Below, piece by piece: positions 34,425-43,701 of a stretch of 64,000 nt of DNA. Position numbers and translations under genes: made by a program. The notes below the pieces were generated by a model. It worked only from the letters and a program-made list of their open reading frames with translations. It was not told the origin of the DNA and searched no databases. Numbering within the stretch: position 1 is the stretch's first letter; each line of letters opens with the position of its first letter. Source of the DNA: Candidatus Omnitrophota bacterium (lineage in GTDB: Bacteria; Omnitrophota; Gorgyraeia; Gygaellales; Profunditerraquicolaceae); contig JBAZUE010000001.1 in the NCBI GenBank assembly GCA_041661605.1, positions 786 to 64,785 of the forward strand, written 5' to 3'.

Positions 34425-35394
34425 GAGTTTAAAGTGGAAACTGGTTGAGCGGCCGATTTTGCCTATCGGAAACACCTACCTGGATGCTTTTGTGTTTCTT
34501 GTTTTCTTCGCCTTGTTATTCTGCGCGGGCATTGCTTTAAAAAGCAAGTGGGGGATAAGATTAAGGCCTTTTGTGCAGGCAGCTGCCTTTATCTTCTTTA
34601 TTTTTATCGTTCACAGGTGTTTTTGCGCTCTTCGCGGCACAATATTCAGCTTTCAGGATATCGGTAAGAACGATTTAAATGTTTTTAACGGGCTTTTTAT
34701 CTTTGTGCCTTTGATTGCTTTTACGCTTATGTTCGGCCGCATATTCTGCGGCTGGCTATGCCCGCTTGGCTCGATGCAGGAAACATTTTTTAGGCTGCCG
34801 TTTATAAAAAAATTTATGATTGAGCCGGCACCGGGGTTAAAACGGTTAAGGTTGTTTTTATTAATAATCATATTTTCCGTGGCAGTATTTTTATTGTTGA
34901 AATTCAAGCCGAAAACATTTTTCTTTGTCCAGAATATCGCTGCCTTTTGGGGGTTAGTTACCGTAATCCTTGCCGGCGGGCTTGTTTTAAACCAGGAGGC
35001 TGACCTTAAGTTAAAGAAGCTGCGTTATTTTTTGCTTTTTGGCTGGCTGGTTATAATCAGCCTGGGTATTTTTGTTACAGACCCATGGTGCGCTTTATTC
35101 GGAAATGAAATAGATTATTCTTCACTGATTGCCTTCTTTGCCGTATTGGCTTCGGCTGTCATCGTCCCGATGGCCTGGTGCAGATATTTATGCCCGCTAG
35201 GCTCATCCTTAAGCCTGCTTACTAAATTTTCCCAGGTTAAGGTAAAAAGAAAAAAGGGTTCGGTGATTTCAAAAAAAGAAGCAAAGAATATTTGTTATAT
35301 CCAGGCTCTGGAAGAAAAGGGGCTTGATAAGAGCTCCTGTTTAACCTGTAAGAGGTGTGTTGATGCAGGCGCTTCGGATATAGAGGAATCATAG
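34417..35394 (+). CDS. Polyferredoxin-like integral membrane protein (NapH/YccM-type 4Fe-4S CxxCP motifs)
   Basis: It has multiple TM helices, two CGWLCPLG / CRYLCPLG motifs and a C-terminal CLTCKRC. Confidence 0.55.
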   Translation: MFESLKWKLVERPILPIGNTYLDAFVFLVFFALLFCAGIALKSKWGIRLRPFVQAAAFIFFIFIVHRCFCALRGTIFSFQDIGKNDLNVFNGLFIFVPLIAFTLMFGRIFCGWLCPLGSMQETFFRLPFIKKFMIEPAPGLKRLRLFLLIIIFSVAVFLLLKFKPKTFFFVQNIAAFWGLVTVILAGGLVLNQEADLKLKKLRYFLLFGWLVIISLGIFVTDPWCALFGNEIDYSSLIAFFAVLASAVIVPMAWCRYLCPLGSSLSLLTKFSQVKVKRKKGSVISKKEAKNICYIQALEEKGLDKSSCLTCKRCVDAGASDIEES

Positions 35395-36725
35395 TGGTCA
35401 GTTATGCTAAAAAGTTAGTCAGCGTTCTAATCTTCTGTCTGGTCTGTCTGAATTCAAAGGCTAATTGTGATGATTGGACAGGTTTCCAGCGTGATTCTTT
35501 GCATAGCGGAAATTCTCAGGTCAATTTCCCGGATAAAAATTTATCCCTTCTTTGGTTTTTTTCTCCAACCGGCCGCACCTGGAACTATAAAAGCGGTTCC
35601 AGCGTCTGGTCAAGTTCTGCCTGCATCGCCGAAGCAGGGGGCAGGAGTATTATCTACGCGGGGTTTTATAACAATAATTTCTATGCCGTCGATGCCAAAG
35701 ACGGCAGCCTGATCTGGCGTTTCATCGGAGGAAACAGGTTCAACCAGTCGCCTGTCTTTGCCAAGATTAACAACAGGCCTATGGTTTTTGTTCCCTGCGC
35801 AGACAGGACTATTTATTGCCTCGATGGCTTAAGCGGAGAAAAGATCTGGAGTTATGAAACATTGGGCTGGTCCTATATGTTATCGGAGGCAATCCCTTCT
35901 TCGCCGATAATTATTCCTGCCCGGGATTTATCCCTGTTGGTTTGTCCGGTATGGAATTCGTCTCATGCGCCGTTTAATAATTTCCAAAAAGGTGAAATAT
36001 ATGTTTTAAATGCGGCTACCGGAGAAAAATTGTATAGCGCGGTTTTATCTTCTACTCCTCTAAATTCTCCCTGTTTTGGCAATGTAGACGGCCAGCCGCT
36101 AATATTTATCTCTTCCAATGACGGCAATGTTTTTGCTTTAGGCGCCAAAGACGGAAAGATTATCTGGCAGTTAACCCTTGATTCCGGGTTATTTTCTTCT
36201 CCGTCAATACTACCGGATAAAGAAGGCAGTCGTATTTTTATAAGCAGCCGTTTTGGCAACCTTTATTGCCTGGATGCGGCAACAGGCAAGGTAATTTGGA
36301 CGAAAAAGGCCGGGCATGCGATTGATTCTACTGCTGCTGTCGGCACTATAGAAGGTAAATCTTACGTATATGTAGGTTCTTATGACAGGAATATCTATTG
36401 CTTTGATGCAATAACCGGAGAGAAGATTTGGAATTATAGGACCGGTGATTATGTGGTATCATCCTGCGCCTTGGCGAAAATTTCAGGAAAGACAGTAGTT
36501 TTTGCCCATTCTTTGGATAATAAATTATATTGCCTTGATGGGTTAACCGGTTCAGCCATCTGGAGTTTTGATTTAGGCAAGCTCATATGGGCATACAATA
36601 CGCGCGGAGATACCATTTGGTCATCTCCGGCCGTAGGAATGGCAGGGGATAAACCCATCCTTGTTTTTCCTTGTTATGACAGTAAGCTATACGCGTTTTC
36701 CGCCGTAAAAGGAGGGAGTAATTGA
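35394..36725 (+). CDS. Secreted PQQ-like (BamB-type) beta-propeller repeat protein
   Basis: It has a signal peptide and at least six repeats of the form (N/K)(I/L)YC(L/F)DxxTGxxIW. Confidence 0.75.
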   Translation: MVSYAKKLVSVLIFCLVCLNSKANCDDWTGFQRDSLHSGNSQVNFPDKNLSLLWFFSPTGRTWNYKSGSSVWSSSACIAEAGGRSIIYAGFYNNNFYAVDAKDGSLIWRFIGGNRFNQSPVFAKINNRPMVFVPCADRTIYCLDGLSGEKIWSYETLGWSYMLSEAIPSSPIIIPARDLSLLVCPVWNSSHAPFNNFQKGEIYVLNAATGEKLYSAVLSSTPLNSPCFGNVDGQPLIFISSNDGNVFALGAKDGKIIWQLTLDSGLFSSPSILPDKEGSRIFISSRFGNLYCLDAATGKVIWTKKAGHAIDSTAAVGTIEGKSYVYVGSYDRNIYCFDAITGEKIWNYRTGDYVVSSCALAKISGKTVVFAHSLDNKLYCLDGLTGSAIWSFDLGKLIWAYNTRGDTIWSSPAVGMAGDKPILVFPCYDSKLYAFSAVKGGSN

Positions 36726-37558
36726 AAGGTTATATTCAGGATTTTTGCGGTGAATCGCTGGGGACTTTTATTCTTGTTTTCTTTGGCTGCGGGTCAATAG
36801 CAGTATCCGTGTTATTTTCAGCCTATCAGGGGTTATTCCAGATTGCCGCGGTTTGGGGTATCGGCGTTACTCTGGCAATTTACGCCAGCCGCGGGCTTTC
36901 CTGCGCGCATCTTAATCCGGCGGTAAGCATTGCTTTTGTATGCGCCAGGAGGATGCCCATAAGAAAACTTCCTGTGTATCTTATCGCGCAATTTACAGGA
37001 GCCTTTTTTGCCGCTTTATTGCTTTATTTAATCTTCTCAGGTTCTATAGCCAAATTTGAATCAGCAAATAACATCATACGCGGCGCCTCTGAATCAGTGC
37101 GCACGGCAATGATGTTCGGGGAATATTTCCCTTCTCCTTCGATAGATGTGTCGCTAATCTCTGTTTCATTGCTTAACGCCTTTATTGCCGAAGGCCTTGG
37201 TACATTTTTGTTCATATTCCTCATATTTTTCATAACAGAAGGATGTAACCTCGGCCGGCCTGATTCTTCGATTGCTCCGGTTTTTATCGGAGCCGCTGTA
37301 GCAGGCATAATAAGTATTATCGCTCCTTTGACCCAGGCAGGATTAAATCCGGCCAGGGATTTTGGTCCGAGATTAGTAGCTTATCTAACCGGCTGGGGGC
37401 AAGTTGCTATTCCCGGGCCAAAAGGCGGTTTTTTTGTTGTGTATATACTCGCTCCGGTTTTGGGCGGCATTCTTGCCGCTGTTATTTTTACCAAAATTAT
37501 ACAGCCTTTAATGGAAAAGAAGGTTCTTTTCGGGAAGGGCTGCTGTGAAAAAAATTAA
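36722..37558 (+). CDS. MIP-family channel (aquaglyceroporin-like)
   Basis: It has two NPA boxes (HLNPAVSIAF and GLNPARDFGPR) and six predicted TM helices. An AAAGGAGGGA RBS lies upstream. Confidence 0.85.
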   Translation: MKGYIQDFCGESLGTFILVFFGCGSIAVSVLFSAYQGLFQIAAVWGIGVTLAIYASRGLSCAHLNPAVSIAFVCARRMPIRKLPVYLIAQFTGAFFAALLLYLIFSGSIAKFESANNIIRGASESVRTAMMFGEYFPSPSIDVSLISVSLLNAFIAEGLGTFLFIFLIFFITEGCNLGRPDSSIAPVFIGAAVAGIISIIAPLTQAGLNPARDFGPRLVAYLTGWGQVAIPGPKGGFFVVYILAPVLGGILAAVIFTKIIQPLMEKKVLFGKGCCEKN

Positions 37559-38636
37559 ATTTATGCTTGTGGGCGGTTTTTTGGGCGCAGGCAAAACCAC
37601 CGCGCTTTGCCGCCTGGCAAGATACTTTACAGGCAAAGGTTTGCGCGTTGGTTTAATCACCAATGACCAGGCAGATAACCTTGTGGATACACATTTAGTG
37701 AAGATAGAAGGTTTTAACGTGGAAGAAATTGCCGGAGGTTGTTTCTGCTGTAAGTTTAATGATTTAGTCAAGGCAGCTGATAAGCTGATCGCGAAAGTTA
37801 AGCCCGATATAATCCTGGCGGAGCCGGTGGGCAGCTGCACAGATCTAGTGGCAACCGTAATTAAGCCTTTAAAACTTTACCACAAAGATAATTTCAGGGT
37901 TGCTCCTTATACAACTTTATTAGATCCCCGGCGCGCTAAGGAGATGATTGTTTCCGGTAAATTTGGCGGTTTTTCCAGGAATGTGGCCTATATTTTTAGA
38001 AAACAATTAGAAGAGTCAGATATCATCGCCTTGAATAAAATAGATGCGCTTAGCCCTGAGGAGTCTCGCGATTTGCTAAGTTTACTAAGAAAGAAATTCC
38101 CCAACTCTAAAATAATTGGAATCTCCTGCCGCACAGGCAAGGGATTTAGCTATTTGGTAAATGCAGTGGAGGCCGAAAAAAGTGGTAGCAATATTTTAGA
38201 TCTGGATTATGATATTTACGCAAGAGGGGAAGCGGAACTCGGCTGGTTGAACTCCGTAGCTGAGCTCTGCGGTAAGGTGCCTTTCTCAACCGAGAAATTC
38301 CTTAAGGCGTTAACATTAAGGATGAAGAGTTCGCTTAACGAAATCCCCGCCGAAATTGCGCATTTAAAGTTAGCGCTTTCAACCGGCCTGGGAAATTCAT
38401 TGATTCATCTGACGCGTAGTTCCCAGGGCTTAGAGTTTTTCAAGAAGGAATCCGGTAAATCTATTAAGGCCCGGCTGATAGTGAATGCCAGGGTGAACGT
38501 AGATCCGGAGGCTTTAAGCGGGATATTCATTGACGTATTAAATAAGTTGTGTAAAGAAGAGGGGGTAGGTTTCAGGATCCGTTCGCAGCAGTATTTCCGT
38601 CCGGGCCGGCCTGTCCCTGTGTATCGTATCACATAA
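37545..38636 (+). CDS. CobW/G3E-family GTPase metallochaperone-like protein
   Basis: It has the P-loop GGFLGAGKTT, the CobW-type motif GGCFCC, EPVGSC and NKID. Confidence 0.65.
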   Translation: MKKIKFMLVGGFLGAGKTTALCRLARYFTGKGLRVGLITNDQADNLVDTHLVKIEGFNVEEIAGGCFCCKFNDLVKAADKLIAKVKPDIILAEPVGSCTDLVATVIKPLKLYHKDNFRVAPYTTLLDPRRAKEMIVSGKFGGFSRNVAYIFRKQLEESDIIALNKIDALSPEESRDLLSLLRKKFPNSKIIGISCRTGKGFSYLVNAVEAEKSGSNILDLDYDIYARGEAELGWLNSVAELCGKVPFSTEKFLKALTLRMKSSLNEIPAEIAHLKLALSTGLGNSLIHLTRSSQGLEFFKKESGKSIKARLIVNARVNVDPEALSGIFIDVLNKLCKEEGVGFRIRSQQYFRPGRPVPVYRIT

Positions 38637-38670
38637 AAGAAACGGCTTAATAGAAGGATAAGCTTAGGGA

Positions 38671-38952
38671 ATGAGGATAAAAATTGTAGGCAGATGGCTT
38701 GAGGGCAGGCCTCTAAAATGCGATGCGTGCCTGGAATTAGAGAGGCTGGTTCAGCTGGCGCTTGATGAATTAGGGCTTAAGGGTATCTTGATTGAAAAAT
38801 GCGCTTCTGAAGAGGAGTATAATTCTTACGGTGTAGTGGCAACCCCGGTTTTAATTATTAACGGAGTAATCAGAATGGCCGGGAAGGTGCCTCCAAAAGA
38901 AATGCTCAAGGAATTTCTAAAATTTGAGTTTAAAAAGGAGAAGAAAACATGA
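38671..38952 (+). CDS. Small thioredoxin-fold protein (redox-active disulfide protein 2 / Thioredoxin_3-like)
   Basis: This 93-aa protein has CDAC plus YGVVATPVLIINGVIRMAGKVP, a pattern typically found beside YraQ/ArsP-type permeases. Confidence 0.6.
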   Translation: MRIKIVGRWLEGRPLKCDACLELERLVQLALDELGLKGILIEKCASEEEYNSYGVVATPVLIINGVIRMAGKVPPKEMLKEFLKFEFKKEKKT

Positions 38953-39761
38953 AACGTTTTTTACTTGTTATCCTGGTTTTATTGATAGGGGTATGCGGAT
39001 GCGGCGTCATGAAATCCAATAAAGAAAAATCCTTAAGTATTTCTGTTCCTTGCAGCATATTCGCGGCTTTCTGCGAGATACTTGACGCTTATAAGGCAGA
39101 TAATCCCGGAGTAAAGGTGAGCTTTGATACCGGCAACACAATAGTCTTGATGCGTAAGATCCTTTATAAAGGCGCCCGTCCGGACATCTACATATCAACA
39201 GGCCCCTTAGAAATCGAGCCTTTGATAAAAAAAGGACTTATAGTAGAAGAGGCTAAGGCTGTGCTTACCTCTGATTCCATTATCCTGGCAACTCCGGCTG
39301 CTAATCCCAAGAATATCCAGGATATCTCTGATTTGGCGCGAAACGATGTAACTTCTATAGCTATCCCGGATCCGTCAACGAATTCTTCCGGGAAATTCGC
39401 GGTAGAGGCATTAAAAAAACTTAATTTGTGGGATAAGATCAAGGGGAAGGTTATGTTCACTGAATTCGGCCGCCATACCAGGAATTATATTATGGAGGGT
39501 AAAATTGATGCCGGCATAATTTATAAGTCTTGTTTATACGAGGATCTTAAGGCTTATGATGAGGTAGTCGCGCCGAAGGATATAGTGGTGATCGAGGATA
39601 TATTAAAAGAAAGTAACAGCCAGATTCCTTCTTATATAGCTATATTGAAAACGTCAAAGAATAAAGCTTTAGCGGCGGGATTTGTCAGCTATATGATTTC
39701 CGAGAAGGGCAAAGCTATATTGAAAAAATGGGAAGGCAAAGAAGTGGTGAATAAGCAATAA
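38949..39761 (+). CDS. ModA-like oxyanion-binding lipoprotein
   Basis: It has a lipoprotein-type signal (LLIGVCGCG) and the ModA-like pattern RPDIYISTG...IAIPDPSTNSSGKFAVEALKKL...IDAGIIYKS. Confidence 0.6.
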   Translation: MKRFLLVILVLLIGVCGCGVMKSNKEKSLSISVPCSIFAAFCEILDAYKADNPGVKVSFDTGNTIVLMRKILYKGARPDIYISTGPLEIEPLIKKGLIVEEAKAVLTSDSIILATPAANPKNIQDISDLARNDVTSIAIPDPSTNSSGKFAVEALKKLNLWDKIKGKVMFTEFGRHTRNYIMEGKIDAGIIYKSCLYEDLKAYDEVVAPKDIVVIEDILKESNSQIPSYIAILKTSKNKALAAGFVSYMISEKGKAILKKWEGKEVVNKQ

Positions 39762-39777
39762 ATTTGCAGGGAGCTTT

Positions 39778-40923
39778 ATGCATAACCTAGCTGAGTTAGT
39801 CGATATATTCAAATGCTGCATCTTTAACTGGGGCGCCTTAACTAGCATTATTCCCGCCTTTGCCATTGCCGGAGCGATTATCGCTTTTGTGCCGAGCGCT
39901 TCTATCGGCAGGTATTTAGGCGCAGGCTCAAAAAGATATATTGCCTATCCGGCAGCTGCCATTGCCGGAGCGATATTGCCTGCCTGCTCCTGTAATATTG
40001 TGCCGCTTTTTGCCAGTATTCTTAAGTGCGGCTCAGGCATAGGCCCCGCATTTACTTTTCTTTATGCCGGCCCGGCCATAAATCTAATCTCTCTGGTGTT
40101 GACATTTAAAGTAATCGGGCCAATACTGGGGATGTGGAGGGTAATAGGAGTGCTTTTAATTTCCATGCTCCTGGGTTTGATTATGGAGTTTTTATTTTCC
40201 GGAAGAGGAAAACCTGCTTCGATCGCGCAGGGAACGCAACATCCGATGAACCCGGAGGTTACAAAAACAGAAAAACCCCGGTTATTGCTGCTTTTCGGCT
40301 TACTTTTTGCAATTCTAATTACAGGTTCTTCATTGGTTACTCCTTCCGGGACGTATCCTTTAGATAAAACACAAATATTCTTGAATGCCGGCATTTTCTT
40401 TACTTTAGTGGTTTTGCTTATCAGCCTGGTTATTGTTAAATTTAAGAAAATTGAAGTCCTCGACTGGGCAAAACAGACCTTTAAGCTTATTAAAACCATT
40501 GTGCCTTTATTTATCCTTTCTATATTAATAATAGGCTTGATTGCTAAATATATCGATATCCGCTGGATCCATAACCTGTTTTCAGCTCAAAAAGATATTT
40601 TAGGCAACCGGTTGTTTTTTCCCAGCTTAAGGTCGACTTTTTACGCGACTGTTTTTGGAGAGTTTATGTATTTTCCGATACTCTCTGAAATTGCGTTTAC
40701 AAAAGCGTTTTTAAAGTTGGGCATGGATGTGGGGCCGGCGCTGGCAATACTTTTGGCCGGAGCAGGAACCAGCCTGCCGGGTTTTATCCTTATTTCCAGA
40801 TTTGTGAGCTGGAGAAAAGTAGTTGCGTATTTTTTAATTTCAGTAGTATTAGAGGTGACTTTTGCCACCTCAGTTTCTATGGCAATAGGAGATTACGTCT
40901 GCGCGTGTTTAAACTTGAAATAA
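39778..40923 (+). CDS. Permease of the YraQ/ArsP (DUF318) family
   Basis: It has ~10 TM helices and the motif ILPACSCNIVPLFASILKCG. It neighbours the small thioredoxin-fold gene. Confidence 0.65.
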   Translation: MHNLAELVDIFKCCIFNWGALTSIIPAFAIAGAIIAFVPSASIGRYLGAGSKRYIAYPAAAIAGAILPACSCNIVPLFASILKCGSGIGPAFTFLYAGPAINLISLVLTFKVIGPILGMWRVIGVLLISMLLGLIMEFLFSGRGKPASIAQGTQHPMNPEVTKTEKPRLLLLFGLLFAILITGSSLVTPSGTYPLDKTQIFLNAGIFFTLVVLLISLVIVKFKKIEVLDWAKQTFKLIKTIVPLFILSILIIGLIAKYIDIRWIHNLFSAQKDILGNRLFFPSLRSTFYATVFGEFMYFPILSEIAFTKAFLKLGMDVGPALAILLAGAGTSLPGFILISRFVSWRKVVAYFLISVVLEVTFATSVSMAIGDYVCACLNLK

Positions 40924-40945
40924 TTTAAATATTAAGGAGGGCTCG

Positions 40946-42109
40946 ATGAAAAAAAATTTGTCGCTTATATTCATTCTTACAGTATTCCTGGGTTTCTTAA
41001 TGGCAATGTCTTATTTTAGCCGCAGGGCCAACCATAATAACCGCACTCCGCTTAATATATATGTCCCTTGCGGCCTGACCCTGCCATTTAAAGAGCTTGG
41101 CCTGGCTTTTGAGCAGGCGCACCAAAATATAAAGGTAGAGGGAACTTTCGATAACGCTGTTGTCCTGACTAAATTTATCCTGAAAAAAGAAAAAAGGCCG
41201 GATTTATTTATTTCTCCCGGAAAAAAAGAAACCGGCATGCTGGTTCAAGGAGGCTTGCTGGATGAGCCTTCTATAAAAGCATTCGGCAAATATGAACTTA
41301 TCTTGATTGCTCCTTCAGGCTCAAAAGAGATGAGTAAGCTGGAGGATTTATTGAAGGATTCGGTGAAGATCATCGTTATCGCCAACCCTAATTATAATTC
41401 TATCGGGGAGTATTCGGTTATGGCGCTTAAAAAACTGGGATATTGGGATAAATTACAGAAAACTAAATCTATAATGCTTACTAACACGCCTATTGAGGCG
41501 CTGACATTTATCGCTGCCAATAAGGCCGATGCCGGAATACATTATAATGTCTGCCCTTTTGAGACAGATACCGGCAAGGTTTCCCAGGGCGCGATAAAGG
41601 TTGTTGCCCAATTGCCCAGCGAAAGCCATCCTCCGATTTATAACTATATCGGTATATTAACTGAAAGCAAAAATAAGAAAAACGCCCAGAGCTTTATTGA
41701 TTTTATGTTTTCTCCAAAGGGGCAGGAGATATTATCCAAATATGGCCTGGGAGGTAATGCTGAAGGGGCAAGTCAGGCTTCCCCCAAACAAACTATAGCA
41801 AAGGTTAATATACAGGCATATTACCCCTTTAATGAAGAGCATCTTTATATCAAGGATTATCTGGAAACCCTGCCGCAGAAGTTTAACGGGCTTGTTAAAG
41901 TAGAATGCGTTGATTTCCGTAGTGATGAAGGCTATGTGCTTTGGCGTAAGACCGGCCTTGCCTGCGGGGGGATATTGATAAACGGCAAGTATAAATTCTC
42001 CATAAGTAAGGATGGAAAGGCCAAAGAAGTGGAATTCTTGAAGAAAATAGATTTGTTTTGGACCAAAGAGGAGCTTGAAGATGCGGTTAAGCAGGAATTA
42101 GAGAAATAA
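40946..42109 (+). CDS. Second ModA-like binding protein (paralogue of 38949-39761) with an extra ~100-aa C-terminal domain
   Basis: RPDLFISPG...IANPNYNSIGEYSVMALKKL...ADAGIHYNVC parallels the upstream paralogue. The C-terminal segment VNIQAYYPF...CGGILINGKY... has no counterpart there. Confidence 0.55.
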   Translation: MKKNLSLIFILTVFLGFLMAMSYFSRRANHNNRTPLNIYVPCGLTLPFKELGLAFEQAHQNIKVEGTFDNAVVLTKFILKKEKRPDLFISPGKKETGMLVQGGLLDEPSIKAFGKYELILIAPSGSKEMSKLEDLLKDSVKIIVIANPNYNSIGEYSVMALKKLGYWDKLQKTKSIMLTNTPIEALTFIAANKADAGIHYNVCPFETDTGKVSQGAIKVVAQLPSESHPPIYNYIGILTESKNKKNAQSFIDFMFSPKGQEILSKYGLGGNAEGASQASPKQTIAKVNIQAYYPFNEEHLYIKDYLETLPQKFNGLVKVECVDFRSDEGYVLWRKTGLACGGILINGKYKFSISKDGKAKEVEFLKKIDLFWTKEELEDAVKQELEK

Positions 42110-42130
42110 TAGCGCATTGATTTATACTAT

Positions 42131-42158
42131 TTGACAAATCCTAATAAAGAGGTATAAT
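42131..42158 (+). promoter_or_regulatory. Sigma70-type promoter candidate
   Basis: TTGACA (42131-42136), a 16-nt spacer, then TATAAT (42153-42158). Both hexamers are perfect consensus. Confidence 0.55.
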
Positions 42159-42189
42159 AATACGAAGATTAGGAATTTATAAGTTTAGG

Positions 42190-42226
42190 CCGCAAGGAGA
42201 GGGCAACTAACCTTTGCGGTTTTTTT
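42190..42226 (+). terminator. Hairpin plus U-tract (intrinsic terminator or attenuator-like)
   Basis: CCGCAAGG (42190-42197) pairs with CCTTTGCGG (42211-42219) with one bulge, followed by 7 T (42220-42226). It lies ~30 nt downstream of the predicted promoter. Confidence 0.5.
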
Positions 42227-42236
42227 GGTTGTTGCG

Positions 42237-42407
42237 ATGCCGTTTTTGGAGGTGCGTATCAAAAAGGTAAAGACTTCGCTTAAGGGCAGGAAATGTAAAT
42301 ATCTGCACTGCAAGCATATATTAAGTATTTATAACCATGAAGAGTATTGCCATATCCATCTTGGCCTGCTGACTTATGGCGACAAGATTAAGACAAGCAA
42401 GGTATAA
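42237..42407 (+). CDS. Small Cys/His-containing protein (possible zinc-ribbon), hypothetical
   Basis: This 56-aa ORF contains CKYLHC...(13 aa)...CHIH. Its stop overlaps the helicase ATG by 1 nt (TAATG). No clear RBS is visible. Confidence 0.3.
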   Translation: MPFLEVRIKKVKTSLKGRKCKYLHCKHILSIYNHEEYCHIHLGLLTYGDKIKTSKV

Positions 42408-43696
42408 TGATGAATAAGACGATAATAACAAATAATCCCGTTCAGCCAAATTCGGGTTTTTTTGGTTTAGGGATTGCGCCTAAAATTCTGGATATTTTGG
42501 AGGATATGAAGTTTAAGGTGCCGACACCTATCCAGTTAAAGGCGATTCCCCTGGCTATTGAAGGTAAGGATATTGTGGGAATTGCCCAGACCGGAACCGG
42601 TAAAACGCATTCTTTTGCCATACCCATGGTGCAGCGGCTGGTGCAGAAGAAAGGCATAGGATTAGTGCTTGCTCCGACTAGGGAGCTGGCTATCCAAATC
42701 GATGAGGCTTGCCGGGTAATTGCTCATGCCTTTGGTATGAAGACCGCCTGTCTTATTGGCGGAGCGCCTATGGAACCGCAGGTGCAGGCTTTGCGAAAAG
42801 ATCCCCGCCTGGTAATTGCTACTCCGGGCAGATTAATTGATCATATGTCGCAGTGGAATTTCCTCCCGGATAGCGTGGTTATGCTTGTGCTTGATGAGGC
42901 CGACCGCATGCTGGATATGGGATTTGCCCCGCAAATTGAGAAAATATTACGCTTCCTGCCTAAAGAAAGACAAACAATGCTTTTTTCGGCAACTATGCCT
43001 AAAGAGATCATGAATATTGCCGCTAAATATATGAAATTGCCTTTGAGTGTTGAAATAGCTCCGTCAGGGACGACCTCTGAAAAGGTTACCCAGGAGTTGT
43101 TTATCGTAAAGAAAGAGGCAAAAACCCAATTGCTTAAGAAACTGCTCGCGCAATATCATGGTACGGTACTTTTGTTTTCGCGCACTAAACATAATGCCAG
43201 GAAGATAGTTAAGTCAATCAGGGATATGGGGCATTCTGCTTCAGAGATCCATTCTAACCGTTCCCTTAGCCAGCGCCGGGAGGCTTTGGAAGGCTTTAAA
43301 TCCGGTAAATATAAGGTGTTGGTTGCTACCGATATCGCTTCCCGGGGTATTGATGTCACCGGGATTGAACTGGTGATTAATTATGATTTACCTGAGGACG
43401 CGGAGAATTATGTGCATCGTATCGGCCGGACTGCCCGCGCAGGGCATAAGGGCCACGCAATTTCTTTCGCTACACCTGATCAGGGGCATGATGTCCGCGA
43501 TATTGAGAAGCTTATTAAGGCGACTTTACCCGTATCAAAGCATGCCGAGCTTACTCTTGATAGATTCAGTGAATCCACCCAAAGCTCCAGCCACCATTCC
43601 GATCGTCATTCCGGCCGTCAGTCTTACCATGGACAGTCCAGACAAAGCCAAACCAAGAAACCATATAAATACCCCAAGCCCAAATTCTACCGTTAA
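42407..43696 (+). CDS. DEAD-box ATP-dependent RNA helicase (RhlE/DeaD-like)
   Basis: Motifs are AQTGTGKT, PTRELA, DEAD, SAT and HRIGRTARAG. The C-terminal tail is basic and Ser/His/Gln-rich. Confidence 0.9.
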   Translation: MMNKTIITNNPVQPNSGFFGLGIAPKILDILEDMKFKVPTPIQLKAIPLAIEGKDIVGIAQTGTGKTHSFAIPMVQRLVQKKGIGLVLAPTRELAIQIDEACRVIAHAFGMKTACLIGGAPMEPQVQALRKDPRLVIATPGRLIDHMSQWNFLPDSVVMLVLDEADRMLDMGFAPQIEKILRFLPKERQTMLFSATMPKEIMNIAAKYMKLPLSVEIAPSGTTSEKVTQELFIVKKEAKTQLLKKLLAQYHGTVLLFSRTKHNARKIVKSIRDMGHSASEIHSNRSLSQRREALEGFKSGKYKVLVATDIASRGIDVTGIELVINYDLPEDAENYVHRIGRTARAGHKGHAISFATPDQGHDVRDIEKLIKATLPVSKHAELTLDRFSESTQSSSHHSDRHSGRQSYHGQSRQSQTKKPYKYPKPKFYR

Positions 43697-43701
43697 ACCT
43701 C

